Shown: positions 43,751 through 56,480, numbered from the stretch's first letter. The stretch is 64,000 bases of DNA from an uncultured Gammaproteobacteria bacterium (GCA_963797555.1 CAWCPV010000002.1:1-64000); one strand, 5' to 3'. The notes: generated from the sequence alone by a model not told the origin. Program-made: numbers and translations.

Positions 43751-44349
43751 ATGGTCAATATTATCTCCATGGTGAACCACAAGGGCGGCGTCGGTAAGAC
43801 AACGTCCGCAATCAACATCGCCGCAGCTCTGGCGGAGATCGACGGTGCTGTGCTGGTCGTGGACTTCGACCCGCAGGGCAGCGCGAGAGCCTGGCGTTGG
43901 GTGCTGACCTTTTGGCACGATGCCTGAAGCGCACGCCGGGCGACTGGCATTGGGTGATCGTCGACTGCCCGCCGAACATGGGGGTGCTTACCGTGAGCGC
44001 GCTCAGGGCCAGCCACCGCGCACTGTTTCCGGTGGAGGCAAGCTACCTGGCGCTGACCGGGGTGGTTCAGATGGTCGATGCGCTGCGGTCCATGCGCTCC
44101 CAGATTCCGGATCTGGAGATAGCGGGCGTCATCCCGTGTCGCGCTCACCCGCGGCGCCGGGTCCACGCTCGGGTCATGGAGAAACTGGAGCACATGTTTC
44201 CGGGAAAGGTCGGCCCGGTGGTCCGGGAGAATGCTTCCCTGGCGGAGGCGCCGGGCAGCGGACAGCCGGTGACCCGCTTTGCGCCCCGGTCCCACGGGGC
44301 GGAGGATTATCGAAGCGTGGCAGCATGGTTGGCCGCTCGGTCTCGTTGA
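43751..44349 (+). pseudogene. ParA/Soj family ATPase with internal deletion or frameshift near 43900
   Basis: KGGVGKTT, DFDPQG, IVDCPP and EAPG.G.PV motifs. Confidence 0.85.
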
Positions 44350-44617
44350 AGGCCGTGCGATCTGCGGCGCAATGCAATCGGGAAGCGTCCTCCAGCCGCT
44401 TTGGTTCAAGGCTCGTGACCGTGTCTTTCTTCCTGCCGTTCGCCACAGCAGGCGTCTCAAAAGGCAGGGACCGGCGCGGGCTTCGCCGGCCACACCCGCC
44501 GACATGTCGCCCCGCGGCCGTCAGCGGTCGGCGTATGCTAGGATTAAGAACGAGCAGAAGCGTTGGGGGGTCGACACGAGGGTTTGTCCGGCCGGTGAGC
44601 CGGAGGAGGTTAAGGCA

Positions 44618-45274
44618 ATGGTCGAGGAGAAGAAGGCCCGAGCGGTCAAAGCCCCCACTACGAAAGAGCGGCCAGGAACTCCCGAGCAGGGAACAGCAGC
44701 GCCGCAGCCCAGCGCCACGGTGAAAACGGGGTTGGTGAGGACGTTGCACGGGGTCGACGAAATAGAGCAGGAGATTGTCGCGCTCGTGAGGAACACTCTC
44801 ACCGGCACTTTGCGTGCGACCGGCAACGTCGCCACCGAAGGCGTGAATGTGACCCGCGAGGTGGTCGGTGGCGCAGTGGCCGCCACTGAAGAGGTGGGCA
44901 CTGGGCTGATCCTGAGCGCAAAGAGCGTGGCCAAGGGGATGGTGCTCGGCGTGGGCGACGTCGGTGGTGATGTGGTTGATGTCGCGCGGGTGACCGTCAA
45001 GGCGCTCGTGACCGGCGCCTCGGACGTCGGAGCGGACGTCGCGGCGGCAGCGCGGCGAGCCGTCGATGGCGTCGTAGAAGCGGTCACCGAGACCGGCGGC
45101 AACGTCGGCCGGACGGCCACCGCCGCCGCCGAAGGAGCCCTGGATGCCGCAGGACGCGTCGGCAGCGCTGCAGTTACAGCCGTGAGGGATACCCTCGTTC
45201 TCGCAGTCACTGGCATCAAGGACATCCTCTCTGCCCTCCTGCCTCAGCGCACAGACCGCGAAACTACGGTGTGA
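44618..45274 (+). CDS. Ala/Val/Gly/Thr-rich 22-aa-repeat amphipathic protein
   Basis: GGAGG RBS; five 22-residue repeats; paralog at 52397-53053. Confidence 0.8.
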   Translation: MVEEKKARAVKAPTTKERPGTPEQGTAAPQPSATVKTGLVRTLHGVDEIEQEIVALVRNTLTGTLRATGNVATEGVNVTREVVGGAVAATEEVGTGLILSAKSVAKGMVLGVGDVGGDVVDVARVTVKALVTGASDVGADVAAAARRAVDGVVEAVTETGGNVGRTATAAAEGALDAAGRVGSAAVTAVRDTLVLAVTGIKDILSALLPQRTDRETTV

Positions 45275-46240
45275 CCCCGTCATGGGTATGGCCGGGCAGG
45301 CGCGCAGTGGCCCCCACACGCTACTGCGCGCCGACCGCACTTGACTCGGCACGCGGGGTCGATTCAGTTAGTGCCAGAGATCCTCTGGCTTTGCATTCGT
45401 GGTGTGCTCTGCGCCGAGCACGGCGCTCAGCCCTTCGTCGAGTCCCTCTTGCCCCTGGCGGAGTCCGCTCGCACCGCCTCGCGCCCATGACGAGTTGCAA
45501 GGAACGCTGCGCCGGCGGCAGGCGCTGTCGAAATTCGCTTGTGCATGGCTCTATCTCCTCTATCTCCGATCGTGGAGCATCATTGGGCGCCGCTTCGTTT
45601 CGACTATTCCTCCAAAGTCGTAATGAGCTCCTTGCCGACGGCCAACTATGCCCGTACCACATCGATACGCGCACAGGCGCCTGGGAAAAAGATCCCCTTC
45701 GGAGTTGAAAGGCTGGTCAATTCGGCTGCTGCGATGGGGGATCGTTTGCCGGGCGCACCGCCATACGTCGTGCCTGAATGAGTGCCGTCACATGGAGCAT
45801 GACGAATAGCGGCACGAGGCAGGCCGGGATCAGCACGAGCGGCAAGTGCGCCATCGGGCGGGCGGTCACCTCCCCTGCGGCGCTGCACCGGTCCCGGCGG
45901 GTAATCTCGATTCAGGATGCCGATCACGGTGGTCAGGACCATGGCGAACGCAATCCCTTGTCCGATGCGTCCGGGGGCGTGCGCCATCGTGGACGACGTG
46001 GGCAATGGGGCGTACTGCAGTGGGCCGCGCTCACTTGTCCAATTAGGACTTTACAGGGCGTGAACATGGGCGCCACCGTGTCCCCCGTGACGATGGGCGT
46101 TTGGCTGAATGCCGCCTACAACTTTCAGACCGTCAGAGGCCCAGAGGCTCGTACCCGAAGGCATGGTGGAGATTTTAACATCCTGCTGGACGTCGATGTC
46201 TAGGTCATCCGAGAAATTGGAACAGAAGGAGACAACTCGG

Positions 46241-46892
46241 ATGCATATAGTGGTTCTCGTCCTATTGGCGAGCCCATTCTATCTGAACGATTTCGCGAAT
46301 ATCTACATCAAAGACTGGCTCCTGTGGTTGTTTCTGGACTATATCGGCGTGAAGTTGTTTCCGCTGGCGCTTATGCTGTGGTTGATGCGAAGCGGGAAGA
46401 TGCGACCGGCAGAGTTTGGGCTAACGATCCAGAGCATGCGGTCATTTCTCCTTACCTTTATGGCTCTGACACTCGTTGGCACGATAATAGATCAAAATGG
46501 GTATCACTGGATAGCAAAGCTTCCTGGCTACCCGCCTCTTGGCGCTATGCCGGTCATTGGGAGCCCTGCCTGGAACTGGATTGACCTTACGTTGGGGCTG
46601 CTTCTGGTTGCGGCAGTCGAAGAACTCGTTTTTCGCGGCTATATGCGAACCTTTATAGGCAGGTTCACCGAAAACTGGTTTGCGATCGTTGTAATTTCGT
46701 CTGCCGCTTTCGGTCTTATCCACTGGAGTCTTGGTCTGCATGCAGTCCTGATCACCTCGATTATCGGCGCCGTGTTCATGATCGGGTACTTGAGGACGTT
46801 CCGCGCTGCCACCTGTCATACTAGCGCACTTTGCGGTCGACTTTATCGACTTCGCTGGTGTCATTCCAAAATCGATATTCAAATTATCCTGA
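46241..46892 (+). CDS. CPBP (CAAX/Abi) intramembrane metalloprotease, frameshift near 46800
   Basis: VEELVFRG, FGLIHW and ILAHF..D motifs. Confidence 0.85.
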
Positions 46893-46929
46893 GAGAAACA
46901 TGGCGGCTGGCTGTTTCCGGGCTTGAACC

Positions 46930-48344
46930 CATCCCATTACACACAACTCAAAGGACTTGAGCCTCACGCGCGTAGTGCAGTCCTGCCGCGAAGTCCATGA
47001 CGCGCGTGAGCCCTTGCCAGAGGGTTTTCACGCCGGGCTCGCCGTCGCCCTTGCGCCCCAGGAAGCCGCCGAGCCTGGCGATGAGATGCACCACTTGGTT
47101 CAGTCGGGGTGGCGTCTTCGGTGGGCGTTTCTTGTTCAGGAGGAAGGCTGCCTCCCACTCCTCGCGCTCGAACAACCACTCGGCCTCCAAGTCCGGACAG
47201 GTGCGCCCCAGGCGCATCAGCCGGGCGATGCGCCAGGCGACCACCATGAATAGCGCCAGCGCCCGTTCCAGGCGTTCCATGGTGCTGAGCTGCAACGCCT
47301 CCACGCGGCAGGCGTTCTTCAGCACGTGGAAGAAGAGTTCAATCTCCCAGCGGGCGCGATACCAGTCGATGAGCTCGGCCGCCGCCTCCAAGCTGGCGGC
47401 CTCACGGTTGGTGAGCAGGCGCCATTCGACGGGCTTCACGCCTGCTGGCGCGTCCACTTCCCGGGCCACGATGCAGGTGGCCTCCAACCGACCCCCCTTG
47501 CCGTCGGAGAGCTTCACACGCCTCGCCCACACCTGTTGGCAGACTTGCCGCGCTTTTTGTCCGTGGCGCGACGGCATCGTGAAGCGTATCCCGCCCAGGC
47601 ATTCGCCTCGGGTCACCTCCTCCCACAGCTTGCCGCCCTCGGGCAGCGCACGGTTGTGCCGGGAGCGGACCAACCAGTCGGCCGGCTGCCCCAGGTCGCG
47701 CGCTTTGGCCATCAGGGCTACGATGTCAGCCTCCCGGTCGGCTACATACACCAGGCGGGTCTGTGGAAGTTCGGACGCCAGCTCTGCCATGCGCTCATAG
47801 CCCTCCACCCAGCGGGTGCTTTCCAGAACACCTCCCCGAGGGCCTTCGGCGTCCTTCGGCTCGCGTGCCCACATCCACGCATCCAGCACGCCCAAGGGCT
47901 CGCGCGCGAGCGTCACGGCATACGTCGGATGCAGGTACATACCGCGTTGCGCCTCATAGCTCAACGGCCCCAGGCCAGCGATGTCCTGCCCGTTGAAGTC
48001 CACCTCCGTGGTGTCTTGGATGCACAGCACGATTTCGTGCTCCCGCATCCGGGCCGCAGAACACTGCCAGTGCGGCTCCAGGATGTCCCGCCAGTCCATC
48101 CCGTCGTGGGCAAAAAACCGGTAAGCTCCCTGGGTCTCGGCCCAGCCCCCACACGCTCCGGGAATGCTCGCGCTCGGCTTCTCCGCCAGCCGCTCGGCAA
48201 GCAACACGGCCCGCTTGCCCAGCCGCTTGTCGCCCAAATCGATGCCCCTAAATTCCTCCGCCGCCCAGCTCATCCCGACACCCCATCTTGTGACGTTATG
48301 TCAGGATGTTACACGATTGTCATCAAGTTGTGTGTAATGGGATG
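46930..48344 (-). mobile_element. IS4 (IS50-group) element, intact transposase 46948-48273
   Basis: 19-bp TIR CATCCCATTACACACAACT; 9-bp TSD GCTTGAACC. Confidence 0.95.
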
Positions 48345-48524
48345 GCTTGAACCTTATCGACCCTCGGCGGCGGCATGCACGGCACGGTTGAGCTGCCGGG
48401 TGCTCAGGGGGGTGTTCCGTCGAGCCCGCCGGCAGTGCGGGCAGACAAGCGGGAACGTCCTAAATACGCCCCCAAGCGGCACCCTCCAAGGGGCGGCGGG
48501 CCGACACCCAAGACGCGTTGCGTC

Positions 48525-49060
48525 GGGTCGGTAGTGCTCCACCTCGAAGGTACCACCAAAAGCATCCGGCATCAGGCAATAGACGCAGCCGTGGTGGAAC
48601 TCCTCGGCGAGAGCGTCGATGTAGTCCCGTGGATTCGAGCAGCAACCACTGGCGACACCATCAAGGGCTGCGAGCGCTGTTTCGAGCTTCTGCTTCATCC
48701 CGGCATCCTTCTCGCCACTGAGCACCTTGACCAGCTTCTTACGGCGTCTTCCTTGGATCGCGTAGCGTCGTCCAAACCTCAGTGATCACGAGTCTCAATG
48801 TGCTCTGAACTTCACGCTGGCCGAATCGTTTGGGCGCAACGTCTCTTCTGTGAGCGCACCCGCCTTCGAGCGGGGCTTCGCTCGCTTGGCCTCGAACCAG
48901 AGATGCTCGGCCATCGAATCCTGGCAGGGATTGACGATGTACACGCCTCCGGGCTCGGGCTCGAACCACTTCTTGCCCTTTCTCCCGTTGCAGGCGCGAC
49001 AGGCGTAGAAGAGGTTCGAATACTCGGTGCGCAGATCCTCGAACTTGATCGAGGGGCGGG
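48525..49060 (-). pseudogene. HNH endonuclease with its halves in permuted order
   Basis: YSNLFYACRACNGRK half lies upstream of the CVYC...FEVEHYRP half. Confidence 0.7.
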
Positions 49061-49284
49061 CGTCAGGTCTCTCAACGTTGGCTTGTCCGGCGGGCGATAC
49101 CGGCCAGGCCCGCTGGGCCGAGTGCTCTTGGTGGGTTGGCATGAGCGCAGCGAACCCCAACGAATTCCGGCTACTGGCCGCGACCGTAGAGGACAAGGGT
49201 CGCTGTCGGGCTTCACGTCGTTCACCCCAATCTAACGCTCGACGGCTCGCACTGTCACGGCCTGGCTTCAGCACGGGGACCTTC

Positions 49285-49790
49285 TCGATCACGTTGCGCG
49301 TGGTTAATCCGGGCGCTAGCACGTGCAGCGTGACACGGAGACAATAAGCAAAAAAGGCGATCCGAATGGCCAAAACACCCTTAAAATTCTTGAACGCTTC
49401 TTCCACCGCGACCAGTTGCAGGTAAAACGCCCATAGCTTGGCGGGATCGGTGTCGTGAGATTGGTGCGCAGCAGATACCACCGCACCTCGCGCAGTTTAT
49501 CGCGGCGCAACCGGTAGGTAGACGTGGCATCCTTGGGGTCGACCATACTGGCGCTCAATGCCCGCGAGGAACTCCCTCAACGTCGTATTGTCTGCCTGCC
49601 CGCCAACACTTCATGCGCCAGTGGCAAGCCTTCCGGCGTCACCACTAAGGCGATCACCACCTGCACACAATCCCTGCGCTTATCACGCAAGTGGCCAAAT
49701 CGTCGTTTGTCGTCCTCCGACTGGAGGTCCCTGGGTGGCGGCGTGAAAAGCCTTCGCAAGCCGGTTCGCTCCACTTGGCGAGAATCGGAG
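49285..49790 (-). mobile_element. Internally deleted IS1634 transposase relic
   Basis: Patchwork similarity to 60876-62100 (RFGH.RDKR.DC.QVV and QLVAVEEAFK). Confidence 0.8.
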
Positions 49791-49937
49791 CTGCTCGCGG
49801 GCCGATGACCCGCGAAGCAGGTGGTCCGGCTCGGACGCACACCGGCCACATCTCGCTGGCCTCCCCCGGTTGGGGAGTCGGCGTTCTCGCGCCTCAGGTG
49901 ACGGCTCGCCGGCAGCGCAGCTCGGGCCGAGACGTGG

Positions 49938-50756
49938 CTATCCGCCGGACGGTAAGAGACCGGGCAGTTCCGCTCTGCGGTAGCCGTCTGGAATCAGGAA
50001 CAGGCTCTGCGCGAGTGCGCCATGGGAAACGTTGGCGAGCCGAGCCGATCCACCCGTGGCGACGTCGGTTGCCGCGATGGGCAGCCCTTGCAGGCTTTCC
50101 AAGGCATAAGCCCACGCGTCCCCCTTGAACCGGTGCAGCAAGGGACCTGCGTGTTGTGCGAGCTCCCGGGCGAAGCTCGCGAGGGACTTGAAGGTTCTAA
50201 AGTCCGCGGCGGAGACCGGGACGTCTCCCGGATCGGCGTCGCACACCTCGCCGACCTCGTCCGGGCCCTGGATGATCCTGTAGACCCTGCAAGGGATTCC
50301 ATTGACGGTCCCGGTTGCAGACGTGCCGACTACATGCGGGTGCGTGACTTCGCCGCGCTGCACCAGGCCCGAGAGGCCCCAGCGCGCGAGCTGCTCCTCG
50401 ACCGCTTGGCGCTGTGAGGGGGACAGCTCCTGCGTCTGCCCCTGCAACAGGCCCAACGCTTGCTGCCCGTAACTGATCAGACCCTGAAGCTGCGCAGCCG
50501 TCGACTCGTCCGCCTGGTAATACTCTCGGTGCCGCTGGTCTACGGCGCGCAGCATTCGGTGCGCCTCGTCGTAGACGGCGTAGCCGGCGCCCGCCTGACC
50601 GGCCGGCCCCAGCCGGACCTTGCCCGCACTGATGTAGACCGCCCCGGATGGGACGCCGTGGCTGCCCTGGAATGTGAGCTCAGTGTCCGACCAAGCAGAC
50701 GACGCTTGGCCTAGCCCGACCAGCATAGCGATCATCGTGACGCGTGGGGGAGTCAC
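49938..50756 (-). CDS. Exported DUF4412-like protein
   Basis: Signal peptide; TGTVNGIPCRVY motif; SLFLIPDGYRR C-terminus. Confidence 0.6.
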   Translation of the reverse strand: MTPPRVTMIAMLVGLGQASSAWSDTELTFQGSHGVPSGAVYISAGKVRLGPAGQAGAGYAVYDEAHRMLRAVDQRHREYYQADESTAAQLQGLISYGQQALGLLQGQTQELSPSQRQAVEEQLARWGLSGLVQRGEVTHPHVVGTSATGTVNGIPCRVYRIIQGPDEVGEVCDADPGDVPVSAADFRTFKSLASFARELAQHAGPLLHRFKGDAWAYALESLQGLPIAATDVATGGSARLANVSHGALAQSLFLIPDGYRRAELPGLLPSGG

Positions 50757-51289
50757 GTCTGGCCTCCTGAAGGCAAGCGCCGATGCACAGGGTTGCGCGC
50801 CCCAACGAGGGGCGGTCGCCCGAACAGAAACCGGCCCGTTCGCGCAGCTTACAGAGTAGACCACCTCGGCGCGGGTGCACAACCGGACGCGCCGCGGCGG
50901 TGCGGCCACACTGAGGGAGCGAAAGCACCGCAGGCAAAGGGCTACCATACCTGACTATGTGGTGGCCTTCCAACGCCTGAAGATGCGAGGCAGCGTTCGG
51001 GTGCCCCAGGCGATACACCGGGGACGCCCTGTGCGCGGTAAGATCAGCGCTGCGGCCGCGAGCCGACCGAAGGCTGGTTCGGGCTGGCATGCGGAGATCG
51101 GGCCCGCCACGGGGCGCCGAGCCTGCGCGGAGGAGGCCGTCCAGGTGTGACTGCCCGCGCGGCTCCCATGGCACCGTGCTCGTGACCTCGTGGGCCCCCC
51201 AAAAGGGGATGCAGTCCTGGCAGCGGGATTGGCCGACCGTCACGGTGACCCGGCGCCGACGACTGATTCTCCTCACAGGAGGCAGTGAG

Positions 51290-51685
51290 ATGACTTACGA
51301 CCAACTGATGGAGATATTGCATCGAGCCGCTCCCGGGGACTGGCTCCACGACAAGCAGAGGGGGATCTTCACGAATCGATACGACTTGGATATCCGCATC
51401 GAGCGTCAGTCATCCGCCGGAAGAGACGATGCGTACATCGAGCATTGGGCGTGTCCCTCCCCCGGCTCCAAGGCCCGCACCGTGCAATACAGCCTCTATT
51501 ACCGCAGCTCGCTGGTAGAGCACTTCATGCTGGTGGATATCGAGGGAGGGGAGGCGCAATTACCCATGCCCCGCCACGGTGTCAAGCTTACGGTGTCGCC
51601 GAAGGATTACGCGCTGGCCAAGGCCGTGGACACGACTGGTCGCCTCGACCAATACATGAGTCAGTGCGACATCTCGGTTTCCTGA
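51290..51685 (+). CDS. Hypothetical protein
   Basis: AGGAGG RBS; plausible globular 131-aa sequence. Confidence 0.65.
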   Translation: MTYDQLMEILHRAAPGDWLHDKQRGIFTNRYDLDIRIERQSSAGRDDAYIEHWACPSPGSKARTVQYSLYYRSSLVEHFMLVDIEGGEAQLPMPRHGVKLTVSPKDYALAKAVDTTGRLDQYMSQCDISVS

Positions 51686-51904
51686 CCGTCCCCCCTCTCT
51701 CCAACACATTGCCTCGGCAGGGGCAACGGACCGACTTGGGCCGATGCGCTTCGGGAGTTGCTGCAAGAGGCTCGCCGGTATTTCGAGATGGTGGACTCAC
51801 GAGGCTGAAGGTTTATAAGGTCTATAGAGAAGACGAGCGGAAGGTGCGCCAATACGGCATCGGCAAGCGTCGGACAGACGCGTTCCACAAGGGTTGCGAC
51901 GTGG

Positions 51905-52075
51905 TTGCTCGGCTACGAGCGCGTCCTCGGCGACGCCAGGAGCGGCGATTGCACGCTGTTCCAGCGCGTGGACTACGTCGAAGAGGCGGGGGCGCAACGT
52001 CGACCCGGTGTCAAAAGCGGGTGCACGCCGGTCTGCAAGTGCGAGCCCGGCACGTGGGGCCGAAGGAGGTGGGCG
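51905..52075 (+). pseudogene. zwf: Degenerate glucose-6-phosphate dehydrogenase C-terminal fragment
   Basis: GYERVLGDARSGDCTLFQRVDYVEEAG...PGTWG. Confidence 0.55.
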
Positions 52076-52396
52076 AAAGCGTCACTCCGCCGGGCGGCTG
52101 GCAAAACCCGACACTCGGGCCGTAGCCCGCCCGCAGTCTACCCGGACTCCGTGGAGCGGCTGCTCTTCTCGCAGGCCGTCGCCGAGCCCCAGGAGCTGGT
52201 CGGCGGAGTGCGCGAGGCCCTCGCGAGCTTCGGTGGCGGCGCGCCTCTGGCCGACGATTCTCAGCGTCCTCGCGATGCATGACCGCGGCAACGTTGAAGC
52301 TGTCCCTCTCGCATGAAAGGCCAACGGCGGCCTGGAACACCCGAAGCCGTTGCCGACCTGCTCCCAGAAAACCATCCCGAAATCATCGGGCGTCGT

Positions 52397-53053
52397 TCAC
52401 TTCTCAGGCGGTCGCTTCGCCGCTTCGGGCAGGACCGCCGAGACCACGTCTTTCACCCCCGTGGCGGCCAAGACCAAGGTATCTCGCACTGCGCTTACCG
52501 CGGTGGCACCGATTCTGCCGGCGGCGTCGATGGCGCCCTCGCCGGCTGCGGTCGCAGCTCGGCCGACGTTGCCGCCGGTCTCGGTAACGGCCTCCACCAC
52601 CCCGTCGAAGGAGCGCTTGGCAACGGATACCACGTCCGAGCCCAGTTCGTAGGCACTGGCGACCAAAGACTTGACGGTCACTCGGGCAACATCGACGACG
52701 TCGCCGCCGACTTCCCCGACGCCGAGTATCACGCCCTTAGCAACGCCCTTGGCGCTCAGTACCAGCCCAGTGCCCACCTCTTCCGAGGCGGCAACGGCAC
52801 CCCCCACCACCTCTCGGGTGACGTTCACACCTTCGGTGGCCACATTTCCCGTGGCCCTGAGGGCGCCGACGACCGTGTGTTTTACCAGAGCCACGATCTC
52901 GCGCTCCACGTCGTCGATGCCTCTCAATGTATTGATCATGGCAAGCTTGATCGTGATGCTTGCCCCGGAATCCATTGCCTCACGTTCCGCCCTGGCTGCC
53001 GGGAGGTCGCTCCGCGCGGCCTCGCCTGGTTCGGTCTCGTGTTCTTCGTTCAT
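52397..53053 (-). CDS. Paralog of the 22-aa-repeat protein
   Basis: AGGAGG RBS; shares ATGNVATEGVNVTREVVGGAVAA with 44618-45274. Confidence 0.8.
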   Translation of the reverse strand: MNEEHETEPGEAARSDLPAARAEREAMDSGASITIKLAMINTLRGIDDVEREIVALVKHTVVGALRATGNVATEGVNVTREVVGGAVAASEEVGTGLVLSAKGVAKGVILGVGEVGGDVVDVARVTVKSLVASAYELGSDVVSVAKRSFDGVVEAVTETGGNVGRAATAAGEGAIDAAGRIGATAVSAVRDTLVLAATGVKDVVSAVLPEAAKRPPEK

Positions 53054-53717
53054 CGTTCACCTCCTTGTCCGCGCAGGGGCCAGATACTCTGCCGCCGGCC
53101 TCTGCTTGCTGGCCAGAAACCTGCTCGTGACGTCATCTCGTCGCCACAAACATTCATATTAGTTGACTCCCAATGAGCATGCCCACCATGATCGGCATTG
53201 TCGCGGCCCGCAGGATCGAAAGCGGGTCCAGCGACCCAGTGCGTCGTCTTCGCTCCGCGGTCCGCCTTTGGCACCAGTGTCGGGGCTACTTCGACCGAAA
53301 GGGGGCACTGCCCGCCACGGCTGCGCGACTGGCCCTTTTGGCCGGGTGACGCGCCCGTTCGAGCTTTCTCCCTCTGGGTCCGCTAGACACGCTTGGCATA
53401 CTGCACCATAGGTTGCTCTCCGACTGTGACTGAAGCGTCAAGGCCGGGTGACGCAATTTGCTGCGAAGCCGCAACGCCTCAACCGCGTTGGACTGGGCTG
53501 GCACACCTTCGATCGCGCGGCTAGGAAGGCAGCGCGCTTACACCCCGACCAGCACATGTTCACAGCCCTGTAACAGCAGTCGGATAAGGTCGACATGGCG
53601 GCGGCTTCCGACGAGTGAGCGGGCGCTGCGGAGCCCCCGCCAGACGCCGCGCCTCGCCGAGTCGGTCTTGCAGCGTTCGCCACTGCAGCATGGGAACTCC
53701 GCCCTTTGGAAATCGAG

Positions 53718-54900
53718 ATGCCGTCCGATTGCGATGACGTGAATCGCCTGTTGGCCCGCATCAACGCCGCACCCATCGACCGCAGGAGCTTCCTCGCTGC
53801 CGCCGCATTCCATTGCCGGCTCCGCGGCGCGAGCCGTCGCCTCCGATGGGACGACGAAGCCGCGCTTCATCGCCTATCCCTTCGCTCTCGGCGTGGCGTC
53901 GGTGGAGGGCGTGCACACGGCAAGCACGGAGCTGGCCCACAGCGTGCACGTCGACGTAAACGGGCTGCGGCTTCGCCTCCTGCCAGGATTACGAGCACGG
54001 CTATTACTCGGCCTATCGACACATGGCCGAAGGGAATCTGGACCTCGTCGTCTTCCTCGGCGACTACATATACGAGGGCACCTGGGGCACCACCCTGGTC
54101 CGCCGTCATGCGCCCCCAGGGGACTGCGTCACCTTGGCCGACTATCGCATCCGCCACGCCCAGTACAAGAGCGACCGGGACCTTCAACGCATGCACGCCG
54201 CAGCGCCGTGGCTGTGCACCTGGGACGACCACGAGGTGAGCAACGACTACGCCGCGGACCAGTCGGAGTTCCTCGACCCGCACTTTCTGCTGCGTCGGGC
54301 CGCAGCCTACCAAGCCTATTTCGAGCACATGCCCTTGCCTAACCACATGGTGCCCAGAGGGCCGAACGCGGCTATTTACACCCACGTGGACTTTGGCACG
54401 CTGGTGCGATTCTATCTGCTGGACGACCGGCAGTACCGCAGCTACCAGGCATGTCCCAAGCCCGGCCAGGGCGGGTCAAACGTCGTGGGCCCGGACTGCA
54501 AGGAGCACGAAGATCCCGACCGTACCCTGCTCGGGCATGCCCAAGAGCAGTGGCTTTACGCGCGGTTCGCGGACTCGGGCGCCCGGTGGAACGTGTTGGC
54601 CCAGCAGTCGCTCATGGCCTATCTGGACAACAAGCCCGGCCCGGAGGAGGCGGTATGGACTGACGCCTGGTCGGGCTATCCGAGCTCGCGCCGCGCCCTC
54701 CTGGAACGGCTCGTCAAGCACAAGACGGCCAATCCCGTGGTCATCGGCGGTGACATTCACGCGAACGTGGTCGCGGACTTGCGCCTCGACGCTCGAGACC
54801 GCAGCTCTGCGCTGGTCGCCGCCGAATTTTGCGGCACTTCGATCAGCTCGGAGGGTCGCTCCAACGCCAGCTTCTGGGATCCCGTCCGCGTGGAGAAATC
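53718..54900 (+). pseudogene. phoD: Alkaline phosphatase D, deleted and truncated
   Basis: Tat motif RRSFL, FLGDYIYE, WDDHEV and GGDIH motifs. Confidence 0.85.
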
Positions 54901-56473
54901 CTACCCTGAGCGACTCGTAGAGAACCTTGTCCCCCCGGATCAGCTCCTCGCGCAGATGATCTACGGCGAGGGCGAACCGCCTGCGCAGATTCTCACCCTC
55001 TGCCACGCCAGTTCCGTTCGGTGAGACCGGCGCGAATTCATCTGGTCGAATGAGGGTCACGTCGAGGGGCTCCAGGAGCGATTGGATTTCCGAGAGAGAT
55101 GAGAATCCCGACCTCCATACCGGGGCCTTCTCGGCGACCTGAGCAGCTAGGGAATCGTCTTCGACGACGTACACGGGGCGCTTGCTCGTCCACCTCGAAC
55201 CAATCCATAGGGGGAGCCGGCGCAGTTGCGTGCGGAGCTGCGGCGACATGTTTTGGAGCTGCCCAGCCAGGGCCCGCATGGTCTCCAGCACCACGCCTCG
55301 GCCCTCAACGTCAAGCGGTCTCTTCGAAAGCTCGCGCAACACCTCGATGCAGTCGTGAGCACTGGGCGCTGGAATCGCCAGCGTGCGCCAGAGCGCTTCC
55401 AGCGGTGTCAGACCTTCGCGCCGCCTTCGACGGTGGTCAAAGGGTGCGGGGGCTCCTCTTCATCGATAGCTGCTGGCGTTCGCGACGCGATGCGTTTCAG
55501 GGTCCGCGAATCTTCGGGACGCGACGGCCGTTCGTCCCCTCCTCCCCGACGGTGAGACGCACCTTCTCCTCCATCCCCTCCCGCGCGAGCACGTCGAGCG
55601 CGGCGTCGGTGGAATCTAGCTCGTCGAGGAGCACGCCGGCCCTCTTGAGTGCGTCGATGACCGACTGGCTGTCGTCATCATCGTTAAGGTAGGAAGGATG
55701 GAGTTGGAGCGCGAGCCCGAGCCGAGCGGCAAGGCTCTCGTCATCAACGCGGCACACGAGCGATTGCGGGTCGGCATGAGCAGGAGGCTCGACGCGACGT
55801 CCGTCTGCGAGGAGGATGGCGCGCTTCCGAAGAAAGTCCTCGATGAGAATCCGCATCAATCGCGGCCCTGGCAAGCCGCACGTACCAGGAGGGATCGCGT
55901 TGTCCGAGCTGCTCGTCGGTGAGGTCAAGGATCGCCAAGGCATCGGCAACGGTGATGCGATGTGATTGGCCAAGCTCGTCCAGCACCTCTCGCCACCGCC
56001 CCTCCTCATCACGAGTGGTCGATGTCAGCGGGTACTTGCCGGGTGCGAGCCTCATCTGGTCGTCTGATGTCAGGAGACCATCGAGGGGCAGTGCCTCGTA
56101 CACGATCTCTGCGATCGGCCTGGCCTCACTGTCCGGCGCGGTTGGGACACGCAAGGCATGGGCGACCAGGAGCTGACACCCCTGGATGACCAACTCCCGG
56201 ACGTGAGCCTGAACCCACTCGTCGGCTCCCTTATCGGCGCTGATCTCGTCGATTAAGGGGACGGCCCACCATCCGTCCGCCGGGCGCGACAAAAAGCGGT
56301 CGAGCGCGACCGCTGCCGAAATCGAGCCGAGATCACCCAGTCGGCGCTCGTTCCATTTTCTATGCAGCAGCGTCGTTCTGGCCGCGTCGGGATCGAACTG
56401 GGCGTTCACACTGAACGGCAAGCCAGTCTTGATCGGCAGTGGGAGCCGATCGTAGAAGCCACCGAGGGATTCA
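54900..56473 (-). pseudogene. Internal fragment of a large sacsin/NO-VEIN-like ATPase protein
   Basis: LPLPIKTGLPFSVNAQFDPDAART...WN motif; both ends missing. Confidence 0.55.
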
Positions 56474-56480
56474 TGAGCCC

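Noticed and set aside
45300-46200. Genes in this interval
   Set aside because: Only short membrane-protein-like scraps; no ORF could be identified with confidence.
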